From assembly GCA_965261735.1 (NCBI GenBank), contig OZ253470.1, positions 4,160,001-4,224,000 of the forward strand: a stretch of 64,000 nt of DNA, given 5' to 3'. This stretch comes from Alphaproteobacteria bacterium (GTDB lineage Bacteria > Pseudomonadota > Alphaproteobacteria > SHVV01). Below the pieces are notes generated by a model. That model had not been told where the DNA came from and ran no database searches. It saw nothing but the letters and a program-made list of their open reading frames with translations. Shown here one piece after another: positions 20,332 to 31,185 of the stretch. Position numbers and translations under genes: made by a program. The stretch's first letter is position 1; each line of letters begins with the position of its first letter.

Positions 20332-21696
20332 TCAATTGTCAGGGGCCGCTGCTGTTTCACATCCGGTATGGCTTCCATCGAAATGGCGAATGCCGGGATT
20401 TGGAGTTTCGCCAAGCGGTGCGGCGGGTCCGATGCGCGCCGCCGCCAAGTCCCGCCAGCGAGTGGTGTAGCGCGGGGACAACCGTTCCTGGCGCATTCGC
20501 CACTCTGCATCCCTGGCCGTAAGCCCGAGAGCGATGGAGCCCCGCCCGAAGCGCTCGTTGATCCTGTCCATAGCCTGCATCAACCGGCCGTTCTCCAGCG
20601 GCCCGTCCTGAAACAGCGACCCAACCGCATCGTCGGCCGGCGACAGGTCAAGCAGCATCACGCCGGCCTTGCGGTAGGCAAAGCCCTCGCGCCAGAGGCG
20701 TTCGAATATTCGCAACGCCGCCGCGACGATAACGCGGCTGTCGGCGGTTGGCGCCGGGAACGCTGCAGATGCGGCGGTCGTGTATTGCGGGGCGGCGGTA
20801 TCGAACCTGTCGGTCGCGATGGATACCTGAAGATTGCCACAGACCTGATCGGACTGACGGATCTTCTCCGCCGTCCTTTCCGCGAAGGATACGATGGCGT
20901 CGCGAACCTGTCCCCGATCGGTAATCGCCCGGCTGAAGCTTCGCGAACAGCAGGTGGTCTGTTTGACGGCGGGCTGTGTCTCCAACTCATGACAGGCGAT
21001 GCCGCGCAGCTCGTGCACCGTCCTGAGCCCGGTCACTCCCATGCGCTGGCGCACCCAGCCATCGGGCGCATCGCGCAGGTCCAGCGCGGTCCCGATACCG
21101 CGCCCGGCCAGCATCCTCGACCAACGGCCGCCGATGCCCCAGACATCGCCCGCGGCGGTCCTGGAGAGCGCCGGGCCGACCCAGGCGGGGTTGCCCGACA
21201 GGTCGAGAACCCCTCCCGTCCGTGGCGCGCTTTTCGCGATCCTGTTGGCGATCTTGGCCAGGGTCTTGGTCGGGCCGATCCCGATCGATACCGGGATGCC
21301 GGTCCAGCGGCGGACCCGGGTACGAAGATCGTGGCACCACCGGGTCAGGTCGGGCACCGCCAGGCAGTCGAGATCGAGGAAGCTCTCGTCGATACTGTAG
21401 ACCTCGATGCGCGGCGCCTCGGCGGCCAGGATGCTCATCACCCGTTCCGACAGGTCGCCATAGAGCGCGTAGTTCGAGGACAGCACGGTGACATCGTGGC
21501 GTTCGACGAGGCGCTTCGCCTGGAACAGCGGGACGCCCATGGCGATGCCGAGCGCCTTGGCCTCCTGGGAGCGGGCGACGATGCAGCCATCGTTGTTGGA
21601 CAGCACGACGATGGGGCGGCCGGAGAGCGAAGGTTGGAACACCCGCTCGCACGAGGCATAGAAGTTGTTGCAATCGACCAGGCCGACCGTGGTCAT
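20332..21696 (-). CDS. umuC: Y-family error-prone DNA polymerase UmuC
   Basis: [48 protein letters not shown]. Confidence 0.95.
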   Translation of the reverse strand: MTTVGLVDCNNFYASCERVFQPSLSGRPIVVLSNNDGCIVARSQEAKALGIAMGVPLFQAKRLVERHDVTVLSSNYALYGDLSERVMSILAAEAPRIEVYSIDESFLDLDCLAVPDLTRWCHDLRTRVRRWTGIPVSIGIGPTKTLAKIANRIAKSAPRTGGVLDLSGNPAWVGPALSRTAAGDVWGIGGRWSRMLAGRGIGTALDLRDAPDGWVRQRMGVTGLRTVHELRGIACHELETQPAVKQTTCCSRSFSRAITDRGQVRDAIVSFAERTAEKIRQSDQVCGNLQVSIATDRFDTAAPQYTTAASAAFPAPTADSRVIVAAALRIFERLWREGFAYRKAGVMLLDLSPADDAVGSLFQDGPLENGRLMQAMDRINERFGRGSIALGLTARDAEWRMRQERLSPRYTTRWRDLAAARIGPAAPLGETPNPGIRHFDGSHTGCETAAAPDN

Positions 21697-21700
21697 GGAC

Positions 21701-22150
21701 CTAACGCGCGCAGTGCTTGCGGATGCTGTGGGTAACGACGCCCCAGGCCTCGCAACCGGCATCGTCGAGGGCGATATCGGGAAAATCCGGGTTCTCGGCG
21801 TAGAGGATCAGGGCGCCATTGCTCTTTCTCAGGCGTTTGACCGTCAGCTCGCCATGCAGGACGGCGATGACGATATCGTCGGCCTGGGGCACGATGGCGC
21901 GGTCGACAACGAGAAGGTCGCCGTCGAAAATCCCGGCGTCGCGCATGGACTCGCCCTGCGCGCGGATGAAAAAGGTGGCCGCCGGGCGGCGGATCAGATG
22001 CAGATTGAGATCAAGCTTGCCCTCGATATGGTCGTCGGCGGGGCTTGGAAAACCGGCCGGCACCCTGGAGCCGTAAAGCGGCAGGGCGAGTTCGGAGGGC
22101 TGATCGGTGAAACGATGCAAGGGGACGACCTTCAATATCAATAGGAACAT
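21701..22150 (-). CDS. umuD: UmuD (S24 peptidase); start uncertain
   Basis: [11 protein letters not shown] cleavage site, GESM, ELTVKRL. Confidence 0.92.
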   Translation of the reverse strand: MFLLILKVVPLHRFTDQPSELALPLYGSRVPAGFPSPADDHIEGKLDLNLHLIRRPAATFFIRAQGESMRDAGIFDGDLLVVDRAIVPQADDIVIAVLHGELTVKRLRKSNGALILYAENPDFPDIALDDAGCEAWGVVTHSIRKHCAR

Positions 22151-22159
22151 AACATGAAT
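22145..22159. promoter_or_regulatory. alphaproteobacterial LexA (SOS) box
   Basis: GAAC-ATAACAT-GAAT, a GAAC-N7-GAAC-type direct repeat at the umuD 5' end. Confidence 0.65.
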
Positions 22160-22444
22160 TTAGTGGCCAATTGTCAAGATGGCGTGGCGTGTTGAGGGCT
22201 CTCGCGATCCAAACGCTCTGGCACATAGGCCATTTGCGATTCCATGAGGCCATCTGGACTTGAAATCGCCCCTAAGAGCGGCGTTTCTCGTCGTGTTCGT
22301 GGCCAGGGCAAGGCCGTGCCGTTTCTATGAGGTCGATGAGAGAGGGTGTTAGTTTTGCCGCACGCGTTGCGGCTATTCGCGGCCCATTTCGCGCACAACC
22401 GGCAACAGCCGCCATATCATGCGGGCCAGAGAGGGAAGAAGACC

Positions 22445-22873
22445 ATGAGGAAACGAATGCATGGCATCCGTGCCGGCGCCGTTCTGGCAATCCTTGTGCT
22501 CGCGATGGCTCCGGCGTCGCGGGCGGGCACGCCGTCCTGCCCGGCCGGGTTTGAAGAGTTCACCGAGTACCGGCTGTTCTTCGGGCGTAGCCGGGCAGAT
22601 GTGGAAGTCGTGAGCGACAAGGCCTGGCGGGGATTTCTCGCCGCGGAGATCACGCCGCGTTTCCCCGGCGGTCTGACCGTTCTGGACGCCGCCGGGCAGT
22701 GGCGCGACGGATCAGGCGCGATCATGCGGGAGAGGACGAAGCTGGTGATTGTCCTGGCCAAGCCGGCTGCTGCGGAGGTGCGGCACACGGTGGAGATTGC
22801 GGAGGCGTACAAGCGTTCATTCGGCCAGGAGGCCGTATTGCGTACGATCACGCCGGCCTGCGTGTCGTTTTAG
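22445..22873 (+). CDS. DUF3574 family exported protein
   Basis: Signal peptide; LFFGR, W..FL..EITPRFP.GLTVLDA.GQWR, YK..FGQEAV. Confidence 0.85.
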   Translation: MRKRMHGIRAGAVLAILVLAMAPASRAGTPSCPAGFEEFTEYRLFFGRSRADVEVVSDKAWRGFLAAEITPRFPGGLTVLDAAGQWRDGSGAIMRERTKLVIVLAKPAAAEVRHTVEIAEAYKRSFGQEAVLRTITPACVSF

Positions 22874-23026
22874 GACTTTGCACCCTTCGACCCCGGACGC
22901 GCTGGTCGGCGCGGGCGAGGCTGAAACGCGAGTGGTGAGCGCTGGAGGATGCCGTGAGGCGGCGGCACGAGGCAGCCAGGTGCCTGCCGTCTCTGCGAGG
23001 CCGGAGAGGAGCTGCGCCCGGAGCCG

Positions 23027-24010
23027 CTAGTTGGCTTTGAAGGCGTCGATTATCGCGGCGCCGCCGGCGCCCGCGGCGGCAGACCATTCGGCCGACATGG
23101 TCGCGCCGATCTCCGCGAGGTCGGCGGCGAGCCGCTCACCCGGCGCCAGCACGCTCATGCCGTTGTCCCTTAGCTGTGCCATATACCAATCGGTCAACTC
23201 GCGTGCTCGCGTCGTGCCGGCCGCTTCCGCCAACAACGACGCCGAACGCAGGCAGTTCCGGGTTTGCGCGTCGAGCGCGTCGAAGGCGTCCATGTTCACG
23301 AACACATAGTTGCGCGGCAGCCAGGCCCGGACGTCGTAGAAATAGCTCATATGCTCCCAGACCTTGTGGTCGTAACCGGTCGAGCTCGACGACATGAAGG
23401 CGTCCGCCACACCGCTCGCCAGCGCCTGCCTGAGCTCTGCCGCCTCGACATGCACCGGCAGCATTTTGGCAAGCTCTGCCAGTCTCGCGGTCGCGGCGTT
23501 GTTGGTGCGGAACCTGATCCCGCCCATGTCGGCGACACCGCCGATCTCACGTTTGAAATACATCCCCTGCGGTGGCCAGGGGACGGCGTAGAGCAGTACC
23601 AGATTCTGCTCGGCGAGGATCTCGGTCAACTTGCCCCTGGCCGCCTGCCAAAGCCGATCGGATGCCTCGAAGGACGATGCCAGGAACGGCACCGAGTCGA
23701 ACCCGAAGACGGCATTCTCATTCTGGTGCGCGCTCAACAACCGCTCACCGATGGGAGCCCGGCCGGTCTGTACGGCGCGTTTGATCTCACCGCCCTTGAA
23801 CAGGGTGCCGCCGCCATGCACTACGATCTCAAGATCGCCCCCGGTGCACACGCCCACTGCCTCGGCAAACAGCTTGCCGTTTTGCGTGTGGTAATTGGAA
23901 TCCACATACGCCGTCGGCATGTCCCATTTGTCGGCCGCGTGGACGGTGCCCGCCGAGAGGGCCAAGCCTGCAGCCAGTCCCGTCAACCATTTCATCGTCA
24001 AGTCTCTCAT
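23027..24010 (-). CDS. dctP: TRAP transporter substrate-binding protein (orphan)
   Basis: KWDMPTAY..NYHT, EIKRAVQTG, DSVPFLA, PWPPQG. Confidence 0.9.
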   Translation of the reverse strand: MRDLTMKWLTGLAAGLALSAGTVHAADKWDMPTAYVDSNYHTQNGKLFAEAVGVCTGGDLEIVVHGGGTLFKGGEIKRAVQTGRAPIGERLLSAHQNENAVFGFDSVPFLASSFEASDRLWQAARGKLTEILAEQNLVLLYAVPWPPQGMYFKREIGGVADMGGIRFRTNNAATARLAELAKMLPVHVEAAELRQALASGVADAFMSSSSTGYDHKVWEHMSYFYDVRAWLPRNYVFVNMDAFDALDAQTRNCLRSASLLAEAAGTTRARELTDWYMAQLRDNGMSVLAPGERLAADLAEIGATMSAEWSAAAGAGGAAIIDAFKAN

Positions 24011-24220
24011 TGTGTGTATGCCGTGCCCGGCGGCGATAACGGCAATCCAAAAGCACTATCGCCGCCTGTAGCGCTCATGGGAACGCCATTCTTGAGCATC
24101 CGAAAGGCCAATTGCGCCACGTTACTGGCGTAATAACCTAAACTTCAACACCTGTCGGATTTTCCGGGGCCACCCCACCATCTGATCAGCAGGGGGGGGT
24201 GCTAGGGTGCGCCGTATTGG

Positions 24221-24233
24221 TAACTGATTGATA
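24221..24233 (-). promoter_or_regulatory. IHF-consensus site at putative island boundary
   Basis: Minus strand TATCAATCAGTTA fits WATCAANNNNTTR. Confidence 0.45.
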
Positions 24234-24311
24234 TAAAGCTAATTTTTGATATACCTCTTAAAGCAGCTGGAATTCCTGGGTTGCTCCCGCATTTTGAGGA
24301 AGGATCGCGAA

Positions 24312-24683
24312 ATGATCGGAAACTTGATTCTAGGTGCAAACGATATTGAACGCGCTGGCCGGTTCTATGATTCGCTTCTCGGGGATATCGGAGCGAAGCG
24401 GACAACGGAAGCAGAAACTTTCATCCGGTGGGAGGCCCCATCGGGTGAAACGACATTCTGCGTAGCCAAGCCCTACGATGGAGACCCGGCTACTGTAGGC
24501 AACGGCACAATGATTGCGCTCAAAGTCGAAAGCGAAGAGCAGGTGAATGCATTACATGCCAAGGCTCTTGAGCTCGGGGGGAAGGACGAGGGGGCACCCG
24601 GCCCGCGTGGCACTAGCGGATTCTACGGCGGGTATTTCAGGGACCTGGATGGAAACAAGCTGGCTTTCTACATCATGAAATAG
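24312..24683 (+). CDS. VOC/glyoxalase family protein
   Basis: PATVGNGTMIAL, GGKDEGAPGPR, YFRDLDGNKL. Confidence 0.9.
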   Translation: MIGNLILGANDIERAGRFYDSLLGDIGAKRTTEAETFIRWEAPSGETTFCVAKPYDGDPATVGNGTMIALKVESEEQVNALHAKALELGGKDEGAPGPRGTSGFYGGYFRDLDGNKLAFYIMK

Positions 24684-25405
24684 GAGTTGTGGGAGACCTC
24701 GCTCGGTGGCTCAAACCGTTTTCCTCTGACAACGCCGGTGCGCCGGAAGGCGTGCCGGGCCGTGGGCGGGGTATAGACCGCGCAGCCCGGCCCGACCGGC
24801 CGTCGATCTTCATCTGCCTGCGGCCGCTGAAGATGCAATAGGTCTCCTAGGGCTCGTGGTGATGAAGCAGGAGCTGTGCTTCAGGCGGGATTTCCGCGCA
24901 CAAAGAACTGGGCGTCTATCATGGCGAGCTGGTTGGCAAGAGCGATGTCATGAGGGCGTTCCTGGCCCAATCCGAGGTGAGCGGTGACTATGATTTCTCG
25001 AGGATTACCGCGGTTGTGGACATGATCGTCTCGGATTGTACGGTCCTCAGGGAGTCAGTGTGGATTGCCGACCCGGAGGCGTCGTAGGCGGTGGCTGCAC
25101 CTTGCAAGATCCGGGATTGTCGTGAGGTTGACGGTTCGAGACAGAAGACATCCTCCGGGCGAAGATGTCCCCGGCCTTCCGGAGTGCGCGGTCATAGGCA
25201 GCAAGAAAACCATAGACGAATGAGCCTGATCCCGCCGTCGATGCCTTCCACCCGCCCCGCGTGCGTTCACGAATCGGGGCGTGGCCTTGACGCAGCGTTG
25301 GCATTGAACCGTTCGGCGGGCTCCGGCCATGATTGCTCCATCGGTCCGATCCGGCCCGGCGCGACCCGTACCCGGCGGCTTATCAATTGCCCGGGGATAT
25401 TCGCC

Positions 25406-26830
25406 ATGACCACGATCCGTTGCCTGGCCGCCGTCGCCGGTCTTCTTGTCCTCGCGTGTTGCACGCGCGTCGAGAACACCCATCTGTCATCGCCCGTCCT
25501 GCCGATGCAGGAGCCCACCCACGCCGCGCAGGCACCGGTTCTCGACCTTGACAATATCCTGCTTGTCGGCGCGGCGGCCGCGCCCGCGGTCGATGCGCTG
25601 CCGCCGGCCGCCCGTCACGGCCGGGCTTCCGTTCACCATGGCGAGCTGCCCAACGCTGTAAGGCGGGCCGAACTGGTCGCCTATCTGCATGAGGACGCGA
25701 TTTCTTACGTACCCACCGGTGCCGAGGCGGGCTTCGACGAGCAGCTGTTTCCCGACGGTCTCCTGCTGCGATTTGCGGCTGACCCGCCGATTGTCCGCGT
25801 CGCAGAAGGCACCCCGCCGGAACTCGTCGACGAGGCCGTACGCATTGTGCAGATCCTGAACATGGCCCTGCCGCGTGACTGGCAGATCGGCTTCGGCGAC
25901 GAGCCCGGACCAGCCGGGACGGCCGAGCCGGGCCCCTCGGAGGTCATTATAGCGTTCGCAGCGCAGGAGGATTGGCCGGAAGAGGTCCGGCCCCCTGAGG
26001 GCGAGGACATCGGCCTCGCCCTGCCGCGTTATGAGCTTTATGCAACCGGCGATCCGGATCGGCCCTTTAACCTCGAGATCACGGGCGGGCGAATTTGGAT
26101 CGATCCGACGCGCACCGAGGGCGACGAGCGGCTGGGCGTCATTGCCCACGAGCTCATTCATGTCCTCGGGCGCGCCCATCCCGACCCGGCACGGTTCCCC
26201 GACAGCATCATGGTCGCAGGCGGTGGCGACGGTCCGACGGAGCACATCCTCCACCCGCTCGACCGCGCGGCGCTGCTCGCGGTCTACAGCCGTGTCGAGC
26301 CTGGCGGTACGCCGGACGCCATCGACCTCGGGCCGTGGGCCGACACCTCCACGCATATCTATGGCGTGCTCGGCCTGCCCACGGGCGAGGTCGCCTTCGG
26401 GGCGGCTTTCTCGAACGGCCTCCTACGGCCCTGGGCTTCCGGCCCAGCGCCCGACACCGCACTTGCGGAGAACCCGAGCCTTGCCGGAACCGCGCGCTGG
26501 TCTGGACGTCTACTCGGGCTTACCCCCGCGGCGGAGATTGTCGCCGGGGTCGCCGACCTCGCCGTCCACCTTGAATCCCTCGATGGCGACTTGAATTTCA
26601 CCGGACTGGAATACTGGCCCGAGGGCGCCGCGCCCGGCGCCGTCGGCACGGGGTCGATGTGGCGGGACGGCGATCTCGGCTACCGCGTCGAAGTACGGGG
26701 CAACACCTTCCTCCGGGCCGGGGGAGACGCCGGAACGGTGACCGGTGCGTTCTTCGGACCGGAGCACGAGGGCATGGGCGGCGTCATCGCGCGCGAGGAC
26801 CTCGCGGCCGGGTTCGGCGGTATCCGCTGA
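25406..26830 (+). CDS. putative lipoprotein: metzincin-like zinc peptidase plus TbpB-like C-terminal barrel
   Basis: Lipobox-like LVLACC; IAHELIHVLGRAH and SIM Met-turn; GTVTGAFFGPEHEGMGG. Confidence 0.75.
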   Translation: MTTIRCLAAVAGLLVLACCTRVENTHLSSPVLPMQEPTHAAQAPVLDLDNILLVGAAAAPAVDALPPAARHGRASVHHGELPNAVRRAELVAYLHEDAISYVPTGAEAGFDEQLFPDGLLLRFAADPPIVRVAEGTPPELVDEAVRIVQILNMALPRDWQIGFGDEPGPAGTAEPGPSEVIIAFAAQEDWPEEVRPPEGEDIGLALPRYELYATGDPDRPFNLEITGGRIWIDPTRTEGDERLGVIAHELIHVLGRAHPDPARFPDSIMVAGGGDGPTEHILHPLDRAALLAVYSRVEPGGTPDAIDLGPWADTSTHIYGVLGLPTGEVAFGAAFSNGLLRPWASGPAPDTALAENPSLAGTARWSGRLLGLTPAAEIVAGVADLAVHLESLDGDLNFTGLEYWPEGAAPGAVGTGSMWRDGDLGYRVEVRGNTFLRAGGDAGTVTGAFFGPEHEGMGGVIAREDLAAGFGGIR

Positions 26831-27120
26831 TCCTTTCGGTCTCGGCGGTGCGACGCTCGCTGCTTTGTCAGGGCAGGGCCTTCGCCCCTTCTCGCACGCT
26901 ATCCGCCTAAAGTCCGGCCCGGACACACGAACTGAAGTGGCTGAGACGACCGCCGAGGCAAGACGCGTAGGTCGGACGCCGTGCTACGCGTCAGCAGTCA
27001 CCGTGTAGGGTGATGCGACGCTAAACAATGAAGCGGCCACCGGGAGGGGAGGATGAGGTCCGAACCCGCCCAACAGCCTGGGCACCTGAAGGCACTGATG
27101 GCGCATGGTGTTTGCGGCCC

Positions 27121-27600
27121 TCAGGCGCCTTCCGTGGTCAGGTCGATTAATGTGTCCACGCAGAACTCGGTGTGGGTCCACCCGGTCCAATCCTCAACAG
27201 GTCGGAATTTGTGGTCATATTTCATGGGCCAGACCAACCAAGGACCCTGTTCCAGGTCGGTTTCGATAAAGTAAATCTCGTCCGGAAACTGCAGCTCGTC
27301 CGCGAGCTCCTCCTGTAAGCCAGCAAGCGCCTTTCCTACACCGCTATCTTCTGTGAGCGCGATATCATCGCTCTCCAGCACCAAGACGGTTCGTGCTCCT
27401 TCTTCCTTGCAGTCCTGGAGCTTCGGACACTTTTTGCGAAGCGCCTGTTCCAGTCGCTCCGAGCGCAAATTTTCTATGTCGTCCGGCGCCCGACGCTTGG
27501 CTCCAAGCATCCCCGGTTTCCGCCCGGAAGTAGATGACAGCACTAGGCATTGCAATGTGATTTCATATGGGAACCCCGGCGGCTTCGCTGTGATGGAATC
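27121..27600 (-). pseudogene. 3' fragment of hypothetical gene truncated by IS1380
   Basis: KCPKLQDCKEEGARTVLVLESDDIAL reads as protein; 5' end runs into the IS end. Confidence 0.4.
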
Positions 27601-27876
27601 CTGTCCGTGCAGGTGTTGAGCGTTCTTGCAAACCCACTTAATCCCGCATTTCCCACGTGACTGATCCATCTGATGCGATCCTGGTCTGATTCTGGTATAA
27701 GAATCAGCGGCTTATATCAGGTGGAGGTGGCTCGGATGCGGAACCCGGAGGGTGAATCGGATCGCAGCCCACTTCGGCCCTGTTTCGACCGAAGGCTGAA
27801 GCTGGAGTTCCACGGTTCGCGGGTCACATCCGACGCCGGCCTGCTCGCCTACCGCGAACTCGACGATGCCCTGGGC

Positions 27877-29325
27877 GGTCGTGTCCCAGGACGTGGTGTA
27901 GGAGTTGTTGGAGCCTCTGTTAGCTGTGGGTAGGCGGCTTGCCGTAGCGACCGCCGAGAGTCTGGCGTAGGCAAGCCGGCTATCCACAGCGGAGGCCATC
28001 GCGGTTCCGGTTTAGGGTTGGGCTAGTGCAAACCAACCTGACCCGAAGGAGAACCACGATGACCCAGGACATGATGACCCTGCGCGCGCTTTTGGAGAAG
28101 AGCTCCGATGCCGATCTGCTTTGCGAGATGATCGGCTTCACGGCCGAGCGGCTGATGGCACTGGAGGTTGAGGGCCTGACCGGCGCCGGGCACGGCGAGC
28201 GCTCGGCGGATCGTATCACCCATCGCAACGGCTACCGCGACCGGTCCTGGGAGACGCGGGCCGGCACGGTCGAGCTGAAGATCCCGAAGCTGAGGAAGGG
28301 AAGCTACTTCCCGGGCTTCCTGGAGCCGCGGCGGATGGCCGAGAAGGCGCTGGCTGCGGTGATCCAGGAGGCCTACATCCAGGGGGTGTCGACCCGCTCG
28401 GTCGACGATCTGGTTCAGGCGATGGGGATGTCGGGCGCCTCCAAGAGCCAGGTCTCCAGGCTGTGCGGCGAGATCGACGATAAGGTCACCGGCTTCCTCG
28501 ATCGACCGCTGGAGGGCGACTGGCCCTATCTGTGGCTCGACGCCACCTACGTGAAGGTGCGCCAGACCGGACGCATCGTCTCGGTCGCGGTGACCGTGGC
28601 TGTGGCCGTCAACGACCAAGGCCGCCGCGAGGTCCTGGGCGTGGCGATCGGCGCGTCGGAGGCCGAGACCTTCTGGACCGAGTTCCTGCGCTCGCTGGCC
28701 CGGCGCGGGCTGCGCGGCGTGAAGCTGGTGATCTCCGACGACCACAAGGGCCTGAAGGCCGCCGCGACCCGGATCCTCGGCGCCACATGGCAGCGCTGCC
28801 GCGTACACTTCGCCCGCAACCTGCTGGCCCATGCCGGCCGCCAGGGCCGGCGCGTCGTCTCCGCCTTCGTCGCCACCGCCTTCGCCCAGGAGGACGCCGA
28901 CAGCGCGAAGGTCCAGTGGCGCCAGGTCGCCGACCAGCTCAGGCCCAAGGTGCCCAAGCTGGCAGTTCTCATGGACGAAGCCGAGCACGACGTCCTCGCC
29001 TACATGAGCTTCCCCAGGGAGCACCGCCAGAAATTGCACTCCACAAACCCGATCGAACGGCTCCATGCCGAGGTCAAGCGTCGCACCAACGTCGTCGGTA
29101 TCTTTCCCAACGAAGCCGCCATCACACGGCTCGTCGGCGCCATCCTTCTCGAGCAGAACGACGAGTGGGCCGTCTCAAGGAGATACATGACGCTGGAATC
29201 CATCGCTCCGCTGAGCGATGGTGTCCCCATCACGCTGCCCACCGTGGCAGCCTGAACGTCCCGGCCCTACACGCCGGGAGCCGCGTAGAGCGCAACGCTC
29301 TTACACCACTCCGCGGGACACGATC
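27877..29325 (+). mobile_element. IS256-family insertion sequence
   Basis: IRs GGTCGTGTCCCAGGACGTGGTGTA and TACACCACTCCGCGGGACACGATC; no TSD. Confidence 0.9.
28059..29255 (+). CDS. IS256-family transposase
   Basis: [44 protein letters not shown]. Confidence 0.96.
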   Translation: MTQDMMTLRALLEKSSDADLLCEMIGFTAERLMALEVEGLTGAGHGERSADRITHRNGYRDRSWETRAGTVELKIPKLRKGSYFPGFLEPRRMAEKALAAVIQEAYIQGVSTRSVDDLVQAMGMSGASKSQVSRLCGEIDDKVTGFLDRPLEGDWPYLWLDATYVKVRQTGRIVSVAVTVAVAVNDQGRREVLGVAIGASEAETFWTEFLRSLARRGLRGVKLVISDDHKGLKAAATRILGATWQRCRVHFARNLLAHAGRQGRRVVSAFVATAFAQEDADSAKVQWRQVADQLRPKVPKLAVLMDEAEHDVLAYMSFPREHRQKLHSTNPIERLHAEVKRRTNVVGIFPNEAAITRLVGAILLEQNDEWAVSRRYMTLESIAPLSDGVPITLPTVAA

Positions 29326-29461
29326 GATTATCCGGATCGGCGCGAAGATGGCCGTCATTCGAAGACGAATTGCACGTCGCGCGGTTTCGAGCCACACTCA
29401 ACGGGCTGGGAAGGTTCCATATGGGGAATCCAGATCACATAGGAACGAAAGATAAATTGTT

Positions 29462-29956
29462 ATGTGGAACGCGATAAAGAGAGCCGGCCGTGCGATAGAA
29501 CGCGAGACAAAGAAAGCGGGCCGCTGGGTCGCAAGGCAGGATCAAAAAAGTTTGGCGCTGGCAGGGATGGGTCCTTTGGCAGTGTGGATTACTGCGTCTC
29601 GCGGTGCGACGATGGGTGCAGGTGTTAGACCGATACCTTCAGCAATGAGGACAATTTTGGTACCGTACTTTTCACCTCAGTTGCTTGATGGCGTACGTTT
29701 CAGGGTGGGGAAAGGTCCTTGGCTCGCGTTGCCAAGACTAGGATTCGTGTTTGGTGATGCGAAGGCAATGACCTTGGATTACGTCATTGTATTCAAAGAG
29801 CAGGATGGCGCAGCGAATCCTAGGATGTGGGCCCATGAATGTGTGCACGTGCGGCAGTTTCGCGAATGGGGGATTCCGATGTATTCGTACTATTATATTT
29901 TCGACAAGAACAGTGTAGAGAGAGAAGCTCGAGATTTTGCGAATCAGCATTTCTAA
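29462..29956 (+). CDS. DUF4157-like zinc-binding protein
   Basis: AKAMTLDYVIVF, WAHECVHVRQ, VEREA; lower GC. Confidence 0.75.
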   Translation: MWNAIKRAGRAIERETKKAGRWVARQDQKSLALAGMGPLAVWITASRGATMGAGVRPIPSAMRTILVPYFSPQLLDGVRFRVGKGPWLALPRLGFVFGDAKAMTLDYVIVFKEQDGAANPRMWAHECVHVRQFREWGIPMYSYYYIFDKNSVEREARDFANQHF

Positions 29957-30185
29957 GGGATAGAAATTGGATGTCTGCGAGGGTATTAGAGTGTGGGTTA
30001 GCGCGAGTTCCAGTGGGCAAGTAATTCGACGCGGTGAGGGCAAACCGGATCGGTGGATGAATATGGGCTAAAGGCTCAGACGGAGACAATACCCTTGTGC
30101 AGACGATGGCGGGCCGGCTGAGCAGCTACGCGGCCCGCCTCCGGTTCAGTGCCAGGAATCGTCGCCGGGCTCGGGGGTCTCGGCC

Positions 30186-30223
30186 CGCATGGACTGGGCG
30201 GCGAGCGCCGTCCAGTCCATGCG
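30186..30223. repeat. near-perfect 38-nt palindrome
   Basis: CGCATGGACTGGGCGGCG-AG-CGCCGTCCAGTCCATGCG, 17 of 18 positions complementary. Confidence 0.85.
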
Positions 30224-31185
30224 CGCTAGGTCTTTCCGAGCTTAGGAACCGACTTCCGACCTCTCGAAGTGAGTGCTCCTCTTACGTAAGCCTCATCCGG
30301 CCCGGAACAATGCATCGAGGTCCTTTTCGGTGACCGCGTTCCCCTCGGTCGACATATCGGATTGCATCTCTGACGCCCGGTACCATGGAGAGGCGCGTCT
30401 GCCGAATTCCGCCAAGATGCTGGCCAAGCACTGAATGCTGTTTGAACGCTGTCGAGCATTTGCACCAAGACCGAAAAAGCGCTGTTCCTGCCTTTTTTGC
30501 CTAGCGGCGCGCACCGACCCGAAGCAGACCTGCCCAACCCGTTGCGTTCCTTCGATTCGCTGCCCCGTCCCAAGAAGCTCCCGCCAGCGCCCGTCATCGC
30601 ATCGCAACCGCATGATTTCAACATCCCGGACCTCACAGGCACCGTCTGTCCAGATTCCTCGGCCGGATCGGAATCAGGACACTCCGCAGCCGTCCGCCAG
30701 TTCCTGACTAGCACGCTACGGTGCCCGGCATCGGCACGAAGGGCGTGCCCCAAGCCTTAGTTGGCGCGGGGTGGCACGACGTTGACGAAGGGAATGAGCG
30801 ACAATCTTTCAAGGTGATAATTCACGAAAATTTTAGTGAAATTTTTCTTCGCCCCACGGGGACCCATCCGGGCTGGACTCTCCCCGCAAACCATAGAGCC
30901 CCAAACCATTTTCGGTTTTCCGCCAGAATAGCCAGGTGCATTGCAGTCATAGGGGGTACCGGGGGGCTGCCTTCATGGTGGGGGGTGGGGTCGCGTGTCA
31001 GTGCGCGTTCGTGCTGTATGGCGCGGAGGCCCTCATCATCGATGTGCTGGTGCACTGCTCGCCGAGATGGGTAACACGCTGCTGCGCAGCGGCCGCTCGA
31101 CGGCGCTCCGCCCGACCGGGCCGTTTCCGGTGCCCACAGGCGTACAGGGTTTGGCAAAGAGCACGTTAATGCTGTCAGGACGCTC

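Larger units (their letters stand above)
27643..29432 (+). mobile_element. IS1380-family relic (5' and 3' ends) interrupted and deleted by IS256
   Basis: [38 protein letters not shown] at 27736-27876; 3' end CATATGGGGAATCCAG near 29417-29432. Confidence 0.7.

Noticed and set aside
24155-24182. tRNA/tmRNA 3' end (..CCGGGGCCACCCCACCA) as an att core
   Set aside because: No TTCGA T-loop or cloverleaf, and no second copy at the other island border.
30820-30970. Phage packaging-site-like GGGGGTACCGGGGGG / AAAATTTT region
   Set aside because: No terminase or HNH gene adjacent; resemblance too weak.
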